Source: Myxococcota bacterium
Lineage (GTDB): Bacteria; Myxococcota_A; UBA9160; UBA6930
Assembly (NCBI GenBank): GCA_965223415.1
Contig: OZ245002.1
Span: forward strand, 1,824,001 to 1,888,000
Direction of reading: 5' to 3'
DNA: 64,000 bases
Shown here: one piece after another, positions 1 to 9,180 of the stretch
Layout: each line of letters begins with the position of its first letter
Numbering within the stretch: position 1 is the stretch's first letter
The notes under the pieces: model-generated
What the model saw: the letters and a program-made list of their open reading frames with translations, nothing else
What the model was told of the DNA's origin: nothing
Database searches by the model: none
Translations under genes and position numbers: made by a program

Positions 1-50
1 GCCAAGGGCGAGCTGCGCGCCGACATCCGGCGGCGCGTGGAGGAGGAGAC

Positions 51-2072
51 ATGATGCGGAGGATCGTGCCGTTGGCGCTCGCGGCAGCGGCGATGAGCGG
101 CTGCCTGACATGGATCCTCCGGCCCGGTGCCGATGCCTGGGACCCGCCCCCGGCGCCCGCCACCGCCCGGGAGATCACGCCGCGGGAGCGTTGCGCCCAG
201 CGCACGCCGCTCCGCCGCGCGCTGTTCGGCGACCTGCACGTGCACACGTCCTACTCGATGGACGCGCGCTCCCGCGACATGCTGGGCACGCCGGAGGACG
301 CCTACCGCTTCGCCCGCGGCGAGCCGATCGGCCTCGGCCCCTTCGACGAGCAGGGGCGCGGCACGCGCACCGCCCGGCTCGAGCGCCCCCTCGACTTCGC
401 CGCGGTGACCGACCACGCGGAGTGGATCGCCGAGGTCACCCTCTGCACGACGCCCGGCTCGCCCGCGTTCGAGAGCGAACGCTGCCGTGGCTACCGCGGC
501 GAGGCCCCGGTTCCCGCGCCGATCCCCGGCGTCCCCAGCAGCCGCATGATCGCCCTGATCGGCGCGTTCGGGCGCCCCGGAGAGCTATGTGGCCCGGGTG
601 ACGCGTGGTGCCGCGAGACCCTCGCCTCCGCCTGGCAGGCGATCCAGCAGGCAACCGAGCGCTTCCACGATCGCAGCGCCGCTTGCAGCTTCACCACCTT
701 CCACGGCTGGGAGTACAGCAACTCGCCGGGGCGCTCGAAGGTCCATCGTAACGTGATCTTCCGCAACGAGATGGTGCCGGAGCTGCCGGTCTCGTCCCTC
801 GAGGAGCCGGACCCGGTCGGCCTGTGGGAGCGCCTCGACGCCTTGTGCAACGAGACCGGCAGTGGGTGCCAGGCGATCGCCATCCCCCACAACCCGAATC
901 TCTCGAACGGCCGCATGTTCACCGTGCGCTACCGGGACGAGCCGGAGGACGAGCAGCGCCGGCAGGCGGCCCTGCGCGCGCGGCTCGAGCCCGTCGTCGA
1001 GATGATGCAGGTGAAGGGCGAGTCCGAGTGCAAGAACGGGCTCTTCCAGGTCGCCGGTGAGGACGAGCTGTGCGACTTCGAGAAGGTGCGGGGCCCGGGG
1101 CGCCTCTTCCCGGATTGCGAGGAGGAGTTCGGTACCGGTGCGATTGCCGGCCGCGGCTGCGAATCCCGGCTGGACTTCGTCCGCTACGCGCTCATCGAGG
1201 GCATCCGGGAAGAGCAGCGAATCGGCGTGAACCCCTACCGCTTCGGCTTCGTCGGCAGCACCGACACCCACAACGCCACGCCCGGAGACGTGGAGGAGAG
1301 GAGCTTCCAGGGCTGCTGTGCGAACAAGGACTCCACCGCGGAAGCCCGTCTCGACCCGACTGCGGACTTCGCGGGAAGGTCCCGGGTCCATCGCAACCCC
1401 GGCGGCCTGATGGGCGTCTGGGCCGAGGAGAACTCGCGAGAAGCGCTGTTCGACGCCATCCAGCGGCGGGAGACCTTCGCGACCAGCGGCCCGCGCATCG
1501 CGCCGCGCTTCTTCGCAGCCTGGGACCTGCCGGCGGACGCCTGCGATGCGCCGGATCCGGCGCGCGTCGGGGCCGGGGCAGGCATCGCCATGGGGAGCGT
1601 CCTGCCGGAGCGCCCGCCGGACGCCGGCGCGCCGGCCTTCCTCGTCTCGGCCTTGCGGGATCCGGGCACCCGGGAGCTCCCCGGGGGCGCGTTGCAACGC
1701 TTGCAGATCGTGAAGGTCTGGCTCGGTGACGATGGGCGCTTCCACCAGACGGTGCACGACGTGGCCGGGGGACCGAACGGGGCGGGCGTGGACACGGGCA
1801 CCTGCGAGCCGCGCGGCGCGGGCCACGACGCCCTGTGCGCGGTCTGGTCGGATCCGGGCTTCGAGCCGGCCCGGGACGCGGCCTACTACCTGCGCGTCGT
1901 GGAGAACCCGAGCTGTCGCTGGAGCTGGCGAGCGTGCCTGGCCCTGCCCGAGGGCCAGCGGCCTTCCACCTGCAGCGACCCGGAGGTCCCCCGGACGATC
2001 CAGGAGCGCGCCTGGACCTCGCCGGTCTGGTACCGCGCAACCGATCCGGCTCCGGTGGGTTTCATCCGCTGA
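51..2072 (+). CDS. DUF3604 family secreted protein/lipoprotein (PHP-like metallo-hydrolase)
   Basis: LFGDLHVHTSYSMD, LDFAAVTDHAE, IPHNPNLSNG, GSTDTH and ERAWTSPVWY motifs; lipobox-like N-terminus; GGAGG RBS. Confidence 0.85.
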   Translation: MMRRIVPLALAAAAMSGCLTWILRPGADAWDPPPAPATAREITPRERCAQRTPLRRALFGDLHVHTSYSMDARSRDMLGTPEDAYRFARGEPIGLGPFDEQGRGTRTARLERPLDFAAVTDHAEWIAEVTLCTTPGSPAFESERCRGYRGEAPVPAPIPGVPSSRMIALIGAFGRPGELCGPGDAWCRETLASAWQAIQQATERFHDRSAACSFTTFHGWEYSNSPGRSKVHRNVIFRNEMVPELPVSSLEEPDPVGLWERLDALCNETGSGCQAIAIPHNPNLSNGRMFTVRYRDEPEDEQRRQAALRARLEPVVEMMQVKGESECKNGLFQVAGEDELCDFEKVRGPGRLFPDCEEEFGTGAIAGRGCESRLDFVRYALIEGIREEQRIGVNPYRFGFVGSTDTHNATPGDVEERSFQGCCANKDSTAEARLDPTADFAGRSRVHRNPGGLMGVWAEENSREALFDAIQRRETFATSGPRIAPRFFAAWDLPADACDAPDPARVGAGAGIAMGSVLPERPPDAGAPAFLVSALRDPGTRELPGGALQRLQIVKVWLGDDGRFHQTVHDVAGGPNGAGVDTGTCEPRGAGHDALCAVWSDPGFEPARDAAYYLRVVENPSCRWSWRACLALPEGQRPSTCSDPEVPRTIQERAWTSPVWYRATDPAPVGFIR

Positions 2073-2093
2073 ACCCGACGGAGAGCCTCACCG

Positions 2094-2306
2094 ATGCGCA
2101 AGTCCATCCCGATCGTCCTGCTGATGCTGCTCGCCCTGCCGGCGAGTGCGTGCGCCCACAGGCACCATCATCACGGGCCGAAGCCCAAGAAGGTCGTGGT
2201 GCTGGACCGCGAGCACCATGACACGAAGATCCTCATCATGCACAAGAAGCCGGCGCGGCATCGCCACTGCTGGAAGCACGCCGGCCACTGGCACTGCCGG
2301 CGCTGA
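2094..2306 (+). CDS. small His/Lys-rich putative lipoprotein
   Basis: Hydrophobic signal ending ASAC, then HRHHHH...HCWKHAGHWHC; fills the gap between two + genes. Confidence 0.6.
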   Translation: MRKSIPIVLLMLLALPASACAHRHHHHGPKPKKVVVLDREHHDTKILIMHKKPARHRHCWKHAGHWHCRR

Positions 2307-2343
2307 GTCGCGTATTCTGGCGCGCCCCCCAAGGAGGCCCGCC

Positions 2344-2658
2344 GTGTCCGACGTCCCCGTCTACATGATCGCCAATCTCGTCGTCGAGGATGCGGACCGC
2401 TACCGCGAGTATGAGAAGGGCTTCTTCCCCATCCTCAAGAAGCACGGGGGCTCGTTCCATACCTTCGACGACGCGATCGTCACCCTCGAGGGCAATGCCC
2501 CGCCCGAGGGCCGCATGGTGATCTTCCAGTTCCCGAGCGAGGCCGCCGCCCGCGCCTGGTACGACGATCCCGACTACCAGGCCCTCTCCGAGCACCGCCG
2601 CGCCGGCACCCGGCTCGCCCACCTGACCATGGTCCACGGCCTCCCGCCGCGGGGCTAG
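2344..2658 (+). CDS. DUF1330 family protein
   Basis: GTG 2344 after AAGGAGG; Y..Y....FPILKKHGG and FPSEAAARAWYDDPDYQ. Confidence 0.85.
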   Translation: MSDVPVYMIANLVVEDADRYREYEKGFFPILKKHGGSFHTFDDAIVTLEGNAPPEGRMVIFQFPSEAAARAWYDDPDYQALSEHRRAGTRLAHLTMVHGLPPRG

Positions 2659-4886
2659 GCCGGAGCGAGCTCGATGGGGATGCCGTTCAGGACGGCGTTG
2701 CCCGAGAGCGTGTCGAGGGCGGTCTCGTCGGTGAGGCGGTTGGAGTTGACGCCGGGCTGGCGCTCGGCGGCGACGCGGAGCCTGGCGCCGGGGACGTCGT
2801 GGCCGAAGCCGTGGGGCAGGCTCACGACGCCGGGGCGCATGTCGTCGCTGAGCTCCACCGGCGCGATCACCTCGCCCACCCGCGAACGGATGCACGCCTT
2901 GCCTCCGGCGACCAGACCATGACGGGTCGCGTCGTCCGGGTGGACGAGCAGGGTGCAGCGGGGCTTGCCCTTGGCGAGGGCGGGGACGTTGTGCATCCAC
3001 GAGTTGTTGGTGCGGACCTGCCGCCGGCCAATCAGCACCATCGACGTCGGAGCGCGATCCAATGCCTCGCGCAGGCGCGCCACGTCCTCCACCAGGAGCT
3101 CCGGGGCCAGCTCGACGTTCCCGCTCTCCGTGGCGAGGATCGACGGTAGGCGCGACTCCATCGGGCCGAGGTCCACGCCGTGCGCGGCGGCAACGAGCGC
3201 GTCCAGGGACAGGCCCGGTCCCTCCTCCCGAAAGCGGTCGCCGAACCGGCCGGCCCGGAGCATCAGGTCGAGCATCCTCTCGGGACCCTCGTGCTTCGCG
3301 AGCCGCTCGCGCGCCTCCGGCTCGCCCGTGCCCTCACAGGCCGTGCCGGGGCCCACGGTGGCCTTCAGGAGACCGGAGAGCAGGAGCTCCTCGACCGCCT
3401 GGCGATCGGCGCCGTTCACCCGCCCCGCGATCTCCAGCGCGACGTCCCAAAGGGGACGAACTCCGGGCGGCGGCTCCAGTACGGCGGGCGACCACTTCGC
3501 GTGCTGCCGCACCGACATGCCGTGGAAGACCATGTCGTAGTTCGTGCGCTCCAGGGGCGCGGTGGTCGGTAGGATGACGTCGGCGTGGCGAGTGGTCTCG
3601 TTGACGTAGAGGTCGATCGAGACCATGAAGTCGAGCTGCTCGAGCGCCTGGTCGAGCCGTCCCGCGTTGGGCGTCGAGCAGACCGGGTTGCCGGCGACGG
3701 TCATGAGCGCGCGCACCCGCTCCTCGCCGGGCGTGTCGATCTCCTCGGCGAGCGCCGCTACCGGCAGCTCGCCGAAGAACTCGGGCAGGCCGCGAACGCG
3801 GCTGCGCCAGCGCCCGCGCGGAACGTGTCCGCGACGGCGGGGCTCGGGATCGGCGGCCTCGTGAGCGGTCCAGGGGAACATCGCGCCGCCCGGGCGATCC
3901 AAGTTGCCCGTCAGCGCGTTCACCACGTCGACGAGCCAGCTCGCGAGCGCACCGAACTCCTGGGTGCAGGTGCCAATGCGGCCGTAGCACACGGCGCTCG
4001 GCGCCGCGGCCAAGCTCCGGGCCAGGCGCCGGATCGCCGGGGCCTCGAGGCCCGTGGCCCGGGCCACGGCTTCCGGCGAGAACTCCCTCGCCAGGTCGCC
4101 CACCGCGTCCACGCCGTTCGTGAAGCCGGCGAGGCGACCCAGGTCGACCAGACCATCTTCGAAGAGCACGTGCACCAGGGCGAAGAGGAGCAGGGCGTCG
4201 GTCCCCGGTCGTATGGCGAGATGCTCGTCGGCGATCCGCGCCGTCTCGCTGCGTCGGGGATCGACGACCACCAGGCGCCCGCCCCGCTCCCGGAGCTCGC
4301 GAAGCCGCCGCCGCATGTCCGGCGCCGTCATCAGACTGCCGTTCGAGGCGAGCGGGTTGGCGCCCAGCACCAGCATGAAGTCGGTGCGGTCGACGTCGGG
4401 AATCGGAAAGGCGGTCATCGAGCCGAAGAGCAGGCAGCTCGAGACGTGCTTCGGCAGCTGGTCGACGCTCGTCGCCGAGAAGCGCCACTTCGTGCCGAGG
4501 GCCCGGAGGAGCGGCGCCACCGAGAGGTTCGAGGCGAAGTCGTGGGCATTCGGATTGCCGAGGTAGGTGGCAATGGCGTTCGCACCGTGCTGCTCGCGGA
4601 TCTCGCCGAGGCGACCGACGACGAGATCGAGGGCCTCGTCCCAGCCGATCTCCACGAACTCGCCACCGACCTTCCTCACCGGCGCGCGCAGACGATCCGG
4701 GTCCTCCGAGAGCGCGCGGAGCCCCACGGCTTTGGGGCAGACGTAGCCCCGGCTGAGGGCGTCGTGCTCGTCGCCGCGGATGTCTGTCACCCGGTTCGCG
4801 GCGCGGTCCACCGTCACCGCCACGCCGCAGTGGGCCTCGCAGAGGTTGCAGCTCCGGTAGACGACGTCGTATCCGTTCTCGGCCAT
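2655..4886 (-). CDS. molybdopterin-dependent oxidoreductase (MopB superfamily)
   Basis: N-terminal CNLCEAHC...C Fe-S motif, GANPLASNGS, C-terminal molybdopterin dinucleotide-binding domain. Confidence 0.9.
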   Translation of the reverse strand: MAENGYDVVYRSCNLCEAHCGVAVTVDRAANRVTDIRGDEHDALSRGYVCPKAVGLRALSEDPDRLRAPVRKVGGEFVEIGWDEALDLVVGRLGEIREQHGANAIATYLGNPNAHDFASNLSVAPLLRALGTKWRFSATSVDQLPKHVSSCLLFGSMTAFPIPDVDRTDFMLVLGANPLASNGSLMTAPDMRRRLRELRERGGRLVVVDPRRSETARIADEHLAIRPGTDALLLFALVHVLFEDGLVDLGRLAGFTNGVDAVGDLAREFSPEAVARATGLEAPAIRRLARSLAAAPSAVCYGRIGTCTQEFGALASWLVDVVNALTGNLDRPGGAMFPWTAHEAADPEPRRRGHVPRGRWRSRVRGLPEFFGELPVAALAEEIDTPGEERVRALMTVAGNPVCSTPNAGRLDQALEQLDFMVSIDLYVNETTRHADVILPTTAPLERTNYDMVFHGMSVRQHAKWSPAVLEPPPGVRPLWDVALEIAGRVNGADRQAVEELLLSGLLKATVGPGTACEGTGEPEARERLAKHEGPERMLDLMLRAGRFGDRFREEGPGLSLDALVAAAHGVDLGPMESRLPSILATESGNVELAPELLVEDVARLREALDRAPTSMVLIGRRQVRTNNSWMHNVPALAKGKPRCTLLVHPDDATRHGLVAGGKACIRSRVGEVIAPVELSDDMRPGVVSLPHGFGHDVPGARLRVAAERQPGVNSNRLTDETALDTLSGNAVLNGIPIELAPA

Positions 4887-4905
4887 GGCGTGACGCTAGC
4901 CCGCT

Positions 4906-6981
4906 TCAGCGGAGGCGGCCCTCTTCGAGCAGGCGTTGCATCCGCTTCGTGAGCCGGTCGCCGAAGGTGCTGGCACGCACCACGCGCCCGACGGCCCCGC
5001 TCAAGTTGAGCGTGAGGTCGACGGGCCGCCCGCCTTCGAGGGCGGGGTTGCGGCCTCGGAGCCGAAGCGTCACCTCCATCTCGCCTTCGACCGCGCCGTG
5101 GACGCGCACCGTCAGCTCCTCGTAGTGGAAGTCTTCGAGAGCCTGCAGGACGATCTCGCCGGAGGGGCCGGCGGCCAGGAGGTGGGCCGGAGGCGTTGGC
5201 GGGCGGTAGCGGATCCGGCCTCCGGGTGGCGCAGTGAGGCGCGCGCGCTGGACGTGCAGACCATCGGCGGCGAGGACCACGGGAATCGAGCCCGCGAGCG
5301 TGCCGGTCACCGAGAGATCGGAGACCTCGGCGATCGCCGCCAGGCTCGCGAGGTCCGCATCCTCGAGCCGGAGCTGGAAGTGCTGCTCTTCCTGGGCGAG
5401 GTCGACCAGGCCTTCGGCCCGGACGACGCCGCCGGCGAACTGGCCGCGCGCGCTCTCGACCCTCACCCGCGCTCCCGGACCGACGGCGAAGTCCAGGATG
5501 CCTTCGGTGATCGGCAGGGCGGCGTCGACCCGTGCGGCGCGCAGCCGTTGGCCGGCGGGCGTGCGCAGCGCGAGAGCATCGTCGAAGTGGACCGTCCCTT
5601 CGACGCCGGTGAACGGGAGGCCGTCGAGGGAGAAGGCCAGCTCGCGCAGCTCGAGGTCGAGCTCGGCGCCGAGCCCCTCGTCGGACCAACGCAGGGTGCC
5701 GCGCGCCTCCGCCGCACCGCGGACGTCCTCGAAGAGGTCCGCGAGGAGCGGGGTCACGTCGTCTGGCTGGAGACCGTCCGGTGCGAACCTCACCGGCGCG
5801 GAGGAGAACCGGGCGGAGCCGCGGCCCTCCTCCTGGAGGTGCTCCCCCGTCAGCGTCACATCGAGGCGGCTCCCACGAACCTGGGCCTCGATGGGAACCG
5901 GGTCGGCGAAGGGCAGCGCCACGGCGTCGACGCGAAGCGGGTGGAACGCCGGCGGGTCGGCCCGATGGGCGACCCGGTCGACGTGCAAGGTGAGGCGCTG
6001 CTCGCCCTCGGAGCCGAAGCCGAGCTCGAGGCCCGAGAGCGCGACCTCGACCTCGGGCAGCAGCACCGATCCGCCGGTGCTCGCGAGCGCGAAGCCGGGT
6101 GCGTCGGTCTCGCCGTCGAAACGCAGGCGAAGCTCCGGGCTCTCGCCCGTCACCAGGGGCGCTCCCTGCCGCTGCAGCGTGAACGGAAGGGACGCCACGC
6201 GCAGGAGCCCGCCGACACCCGGCGGCTCGCTCCAGGCGACCGCGACCAGCGGCTCGTCTGCAGAGTCCACGCACCAGGGCCCCGCGCTCTCGAAGCGAAG
6301 CGCCCCGGGGAGCTCCAGGGCGTCGAAGCCGACTTCGATGCAGGGGCGGTCGTCCGGCAGGCGGAGAACGAGCTGTTCCCCGGTCGCGTCGATGCGCACG
6401 GCGATCGTCAGGCGACCGTTCGCGATTCGAACGTCGGGCGCGAGGAGGCCGTCCGCCGCGGCCTCCAGGCTCAGCTCGCCGCTGAATGCGCCCTGACTCC
6501 CGGCCACGAGCCGAGCCGAGACCGCGGCCCGCCGAGAGCCGAAGGGCGTCTCGATCAGGATCTGCGCCTCTTCGAGGTCGATGCGATCCGCGGGCAGAGC
6601 CGGCGGCCCGGCGGGACCCCCGCCCTCCGATTCGGGAGTGAGGTCGCCCAGGGAGAGTCCGCCTTCGTCGAGCGTCGCGCGGACGGTCGCGCCGGCGAGG
6701 CGAACGCTCTCGAGGCGGCCGGTGAGCAGCGCGGGAAGTCGGTAGGCGACCTCCACCTCCTCGACGCGCAGGTCCGGGCGCGCACCGATCCGCAGATCGC
6801 GCAGGACCAGGCCCCCCGGACCCACGCGGGCCACTCGGAGGTCGGCCTCGGCGAAGCCCGCGCCGCGCAAGGCTGTCAGGGCACCCCAGCGGACGACCTC
6901 GGGCAGGAACGCCAAGATGAGGAGGACGCCCGCGAGGAGCGCGACCGCGGCGGCCGCCAGGAGCGCCCTGCGGCCACCCAA
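4906..6981 (-). CDS. YdbH-family (AsmA-like intermembrane lipid transport) protein
   Basis: N-terminal TM anchor, beta-rich body, C-terminal ALEDFHYEEL...LRGRNP...GRPVDLTLNLSG. Confidence 0.7.
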   Translation of the reverse strand: MGGRRALLAAAAVALLAGVLLILAFLPEVVRWGALTALRGAGFAEADLRVARVGPGGLVLRDLRIGARPDLRVEEVEVAYRLPALLTGRLESVRLAGATVRATLDEGGLSLGDLTPESEGGGPAGPPALPADRIDLEEAQILIETPFGSRRAAVSARLVAGSQGAFSGELSLEAAADGLLAPDVRIANGRLTIAVRIDATGEQLVLRLPDDRPCIEVGFDALELPGALRFESAGPWCVDSADEPLVAVAWSEPPGVGGLLRVASLPFTLQRQGAPLVTGESPELRLRFDGETDAPGFALASTGGSVLLPEVEVALSGLELGFGSEGEQRLTLHVDRVAHRADPPAFHPLRVDAVALPFADPVPIEAQVRGSRLDVTLTGEHLQEEGRGSARFSSAPVRFAPDGLQPDDVTPLLADLFEDVRGAAEARGTLRWSDEGLGAELDLELRELAFSLDGLPFTGVEGTVHFDDALALRTPAGQRLRAARVDAALPITEGILDFAVGPGARVRVESARGQFAGGVVRAEGLVDLAQEEQHFQLRLEDADLASLAAIAEVSDLSVTGTLAGSIPVVLAADGLHVQRARLTAPPGGRIRYRPPTPPAHLLAAGPSGEIVLQALEDFHYEELTVRVHGAVEGEMEVTLRLRGRNPALEGGRPVDLTLNLSGAVGRVVRASTFGDRLTKRMQRLLEEGRLR

Positions 6982-6985
6982 GGCC

Positions 6986-7855
6986 TCAGCCCAGCTTCGA
7001 GATCACGTTCTCGCCGAACTGCATCATCACGTCCCGCTTCTGTTGCACGGTCGAGGTCGGCCCGATCACGTAGCTGAAGGGGTAGCAGGTCGTCGCGGTC
7101 ATTCCCTGCTCTTCGAGGCGGCGGAGAAGATCGAGCTCCGGAGGCACGACGAGGGGAACGATCGTCTCGAAGGGCTCGCTCCCCCGGCCGGCCTCCTCGC
7201 GCAGCGTACGCAGGGCGGTGCAGAACTCCACCGCCTCGTCGGGCGTCTGGCCGGTGCCGATCCAGCCGTTGCCCAGGGTGGCGGCGCGGCGCAGGGCGAT
7301 CTTCGAGATGCCGCCGATGTAGATCGGGATGTCCGCGCCGGGCGGCGGGCTCATCTGCAGCGGCCCGAAGTCGAAGTGCGTGCCGTGGTGCTCCACCATC
7401 TCGCCGGACCAGAGCGTGCGCAGGGCCTCGATCATCTCGTTCATGCGGGCGCCGCGGGTCTTGAAGTCGACGCCCAGGGTGTCGAACTCCTCCCTGATCC
7501 ACCCCGCACCGACGCCGAGCGAGACGCGCCCCTTCGAATGGAACGCCACGGTGCCTACGCTCTTGGCCAGCTCGATCGGATTTCGCAGCGGCAGGATGTA
7601 GACCATCGTGCCGAAGCGGAGCTTCTCGGTGACCGAGGACATCGCCGCGATCGTCGTCCACGGCTCGGGCCAGGGCGTGCTGCCGTCGAAGCCGGGCTTG
7701 CCGTCCTCGGAGTAGGGGTAGCGGCTCTCGAGCCGTCCCGGGAAGAAGAGGTGGTCCGCCAGCATCACGCCGTGGAAGCCCGCCTCCTCGGCGGCCTGGG
7801 CGAGGGGAATGAGCTGGTCGGGCTCGCTGAAGGTGAGGACCTGCCAGAACTTCAC
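6986..7855 (-). CDS. LLM-class (probably F420-dependent) oxidoreductase
   Basis: GTG 7855 (VKFWQ); AEEAGF...ADHL, LGVGAGWIREEF, ALRRAA. Confidence 0.85.
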   Translation of the reverse strand: MKFWQVLTFSEPDQLIPLAQAAEEAGFHGVMLADHLFFPGRLESRYPYSEDGKPGFDGSTPWPEPWTTIAAMSSVTEKLRFGTMVYILPLRNPIELAKSVGTVAFHSKGRVSLGVGAGWIREEFDTLGVDFKTRGARMNEMIEALRTLWSGEMVEHHGTHFDFGPLQMSPPPGADIPIYIGGISKIALRRAATLGNGWIGTGQTPDEAVEFCTALRTLREEAGRGSEPFETIVPLVVPPELDLLRRLEEQGMTATTCYPFSYVIGPTSTVQQKRDVMMQFGENVISKLG

Positions 7856-8307
7856 GGCATGAACCGGCTGATGGTGTCGACGACGCAGGCCGGGCGCCGT
7901 CCGCCCTCCACCTCCACGGTGGCACGCACGACCACCTGCACGGCGCTGCCGCGGACCTCTTCGGCGGAGACCACCTCGCCGACCACCCGGATGCGCGAGC
8001 CCACCGGTACCGGCGCGGGAAAGCGCACCTTGTCGGCGCCGTAGTTCACGCCCATGGAGGCGTTCCGCACCTCGAAGACATGCGGGAGCAACGCGTTGAC
8101 GAGCGAGAGGGTGAGGTAGCCGTGGGCGATGGTGGCGCCGAAGGGCCCGTCCTTGGCCCGCTCGGGATCGACATGGATCCACTGATGGTCGCCGGTGGCA
8201 TCGGCGAACTGGTCGATGCGCTCCTGCTCGACCGTCATCCAGTCGCTCGCGCCGAGCTGTTGGCCGACGGCGGACAGCAGGTCCTTCGGACTCTCGAAGA
8301 CGGTCAT
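7852..8307 (-). CDS. MaoC-family dehydratase
   Basis: ATG 8307; FADATGDHQWIHVD and IAHGYLTLS. Confidence 0.9.
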   Translation of the reverse strand: MTVFESPKDLLSAVGQQLGASDWMTVEQERIDQFADATGDHQWIHVDPERAKDGPFGATIAHGYLTLSLVNALLPHVFEVRNASMGVNYGADKVRFPAPVPVGSRIRVVGEVVSAEEVRGSAVQVVVRATVEVEGGRRPACVVDTISRFMP

Positions 8308-8321
8308 GCGGGGGCTCCTCG

Positions 8322-8388
8322 TGAGACAAGGGGACGTTCCTTTCTGTCTCACGCAGCGTGAGACAGAAAGGAACGTCCCCTTGTCTCA
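8322..8388. repeat. perfect 33-bp inverted repeat with 1-nt spacer (REP/REPIN-like doublet)
   Basis: TGAGACAAGGGGACGTTCCTTTCTGTCTCACGC-A-GCGTGAGACAGAAAGGAACGTCCCCTTGTCTCA; each arm also folds on itself. Confidence 0.85.
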
Positions 8389-8390
8389 TT

Positions 8391-9173
8391 CTAGGGATGT
8401 TGGCTCGAGACGGGGACGACCTCGCCGGTCATGTAGGAGGCGTAGTCACTGGCGAGGAAGACCATGACGTTGGCCACCTCGAAGGGCTCGGCGGCGCGGC
8501 CGAAGGCCTCGCGGGCGGTGAGCTCCTCGAGCAGGCCGTCCGGCGTCACCTTGGAGAGGAACTCGTGCATCGCCAGGCTCGGCGCGACGGCGTTCACGCG
8601 CACACCGTGCTCGGCCACCTCCATGGCGACGCAGCGGGTGAAGGCCATCACGCCCGCCTTCGCGGCGGCGTAGTGGCTCTGGCCGGGCTGGGCCCGCCAG
8701 CCGAGCACCGAGGCATTGTTCACGATGGCGCCGCTGCCGCGCCCGGTCATGTGGGGAAGGACGGCGCGGGTCATGCGGAAGGTGCCGTTCAGGGTGACGT
8801 CGAGGACCCTGCTCCAGTCGTCGTCGCTCAGGTCCACGACGTGGCCGAAGCCGCCGAGTCCGGCGTTGTTGATCAGTACATCGAGGTGCCCGAGCTCGGC
8901 GAGGGCCGCGTCCACCGCGGCGCGCACGTCTTGCTCGGAGGTGACGTTGCAGAGCGCCGTAGCCGGTTTCGTCCCGGTGAGCTTCCCGAGCTCCTCCGCC
9001 GCGGCTTCGAGCCTGCGCGCGTGGATGTCGCTGATCATCACCTGCGCGCCCTCCTCGGCGGCGCGACGCGCCGCCCAGAAGCCGATGCCGGTGCCGGCGG
9101 CGGCGGTGACCAGGACCGTCTTCCCCTGGAGGAGGTTCCGGCCCTCGGGATACGGGGGGGCGACCTTGCTCAT
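8391..9173 (-). CDS. ipdF: SDR oxidoreductase, IpdF (Rv3559c)-like
   Basis: VTAAAGTGIG cofactor motif, NNASVLGWRAQ..QSHYAAAK, C-terminal VSSQHP. Confidence 0.75.
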   Translation of the reverse strand: MSKVAPPYPEGRNLLQGKTVLVTAAAGTGIGFWAARRAAEEGAQVMISDIHARRLEAAAEELGKLTGTKPATALCNVTSEQDVRAAVDAALAELGHLDVLINNAGLGGFGHVVDLSDDDWSRVLDVTLNGTFRMTRAVLPHMTGRGSGAIVNNASVLGWRAQPGQSHYAAAKAGVMAFTRCVAMEVAEHGVRVNAVAPSLAMHEFLSKVTPDGLLEELTAREAFGRAAEPFEVANVMVFLASDYASYMTGEVVPVSSQHP

Positions 9174-9180
9174 GCCTCGC

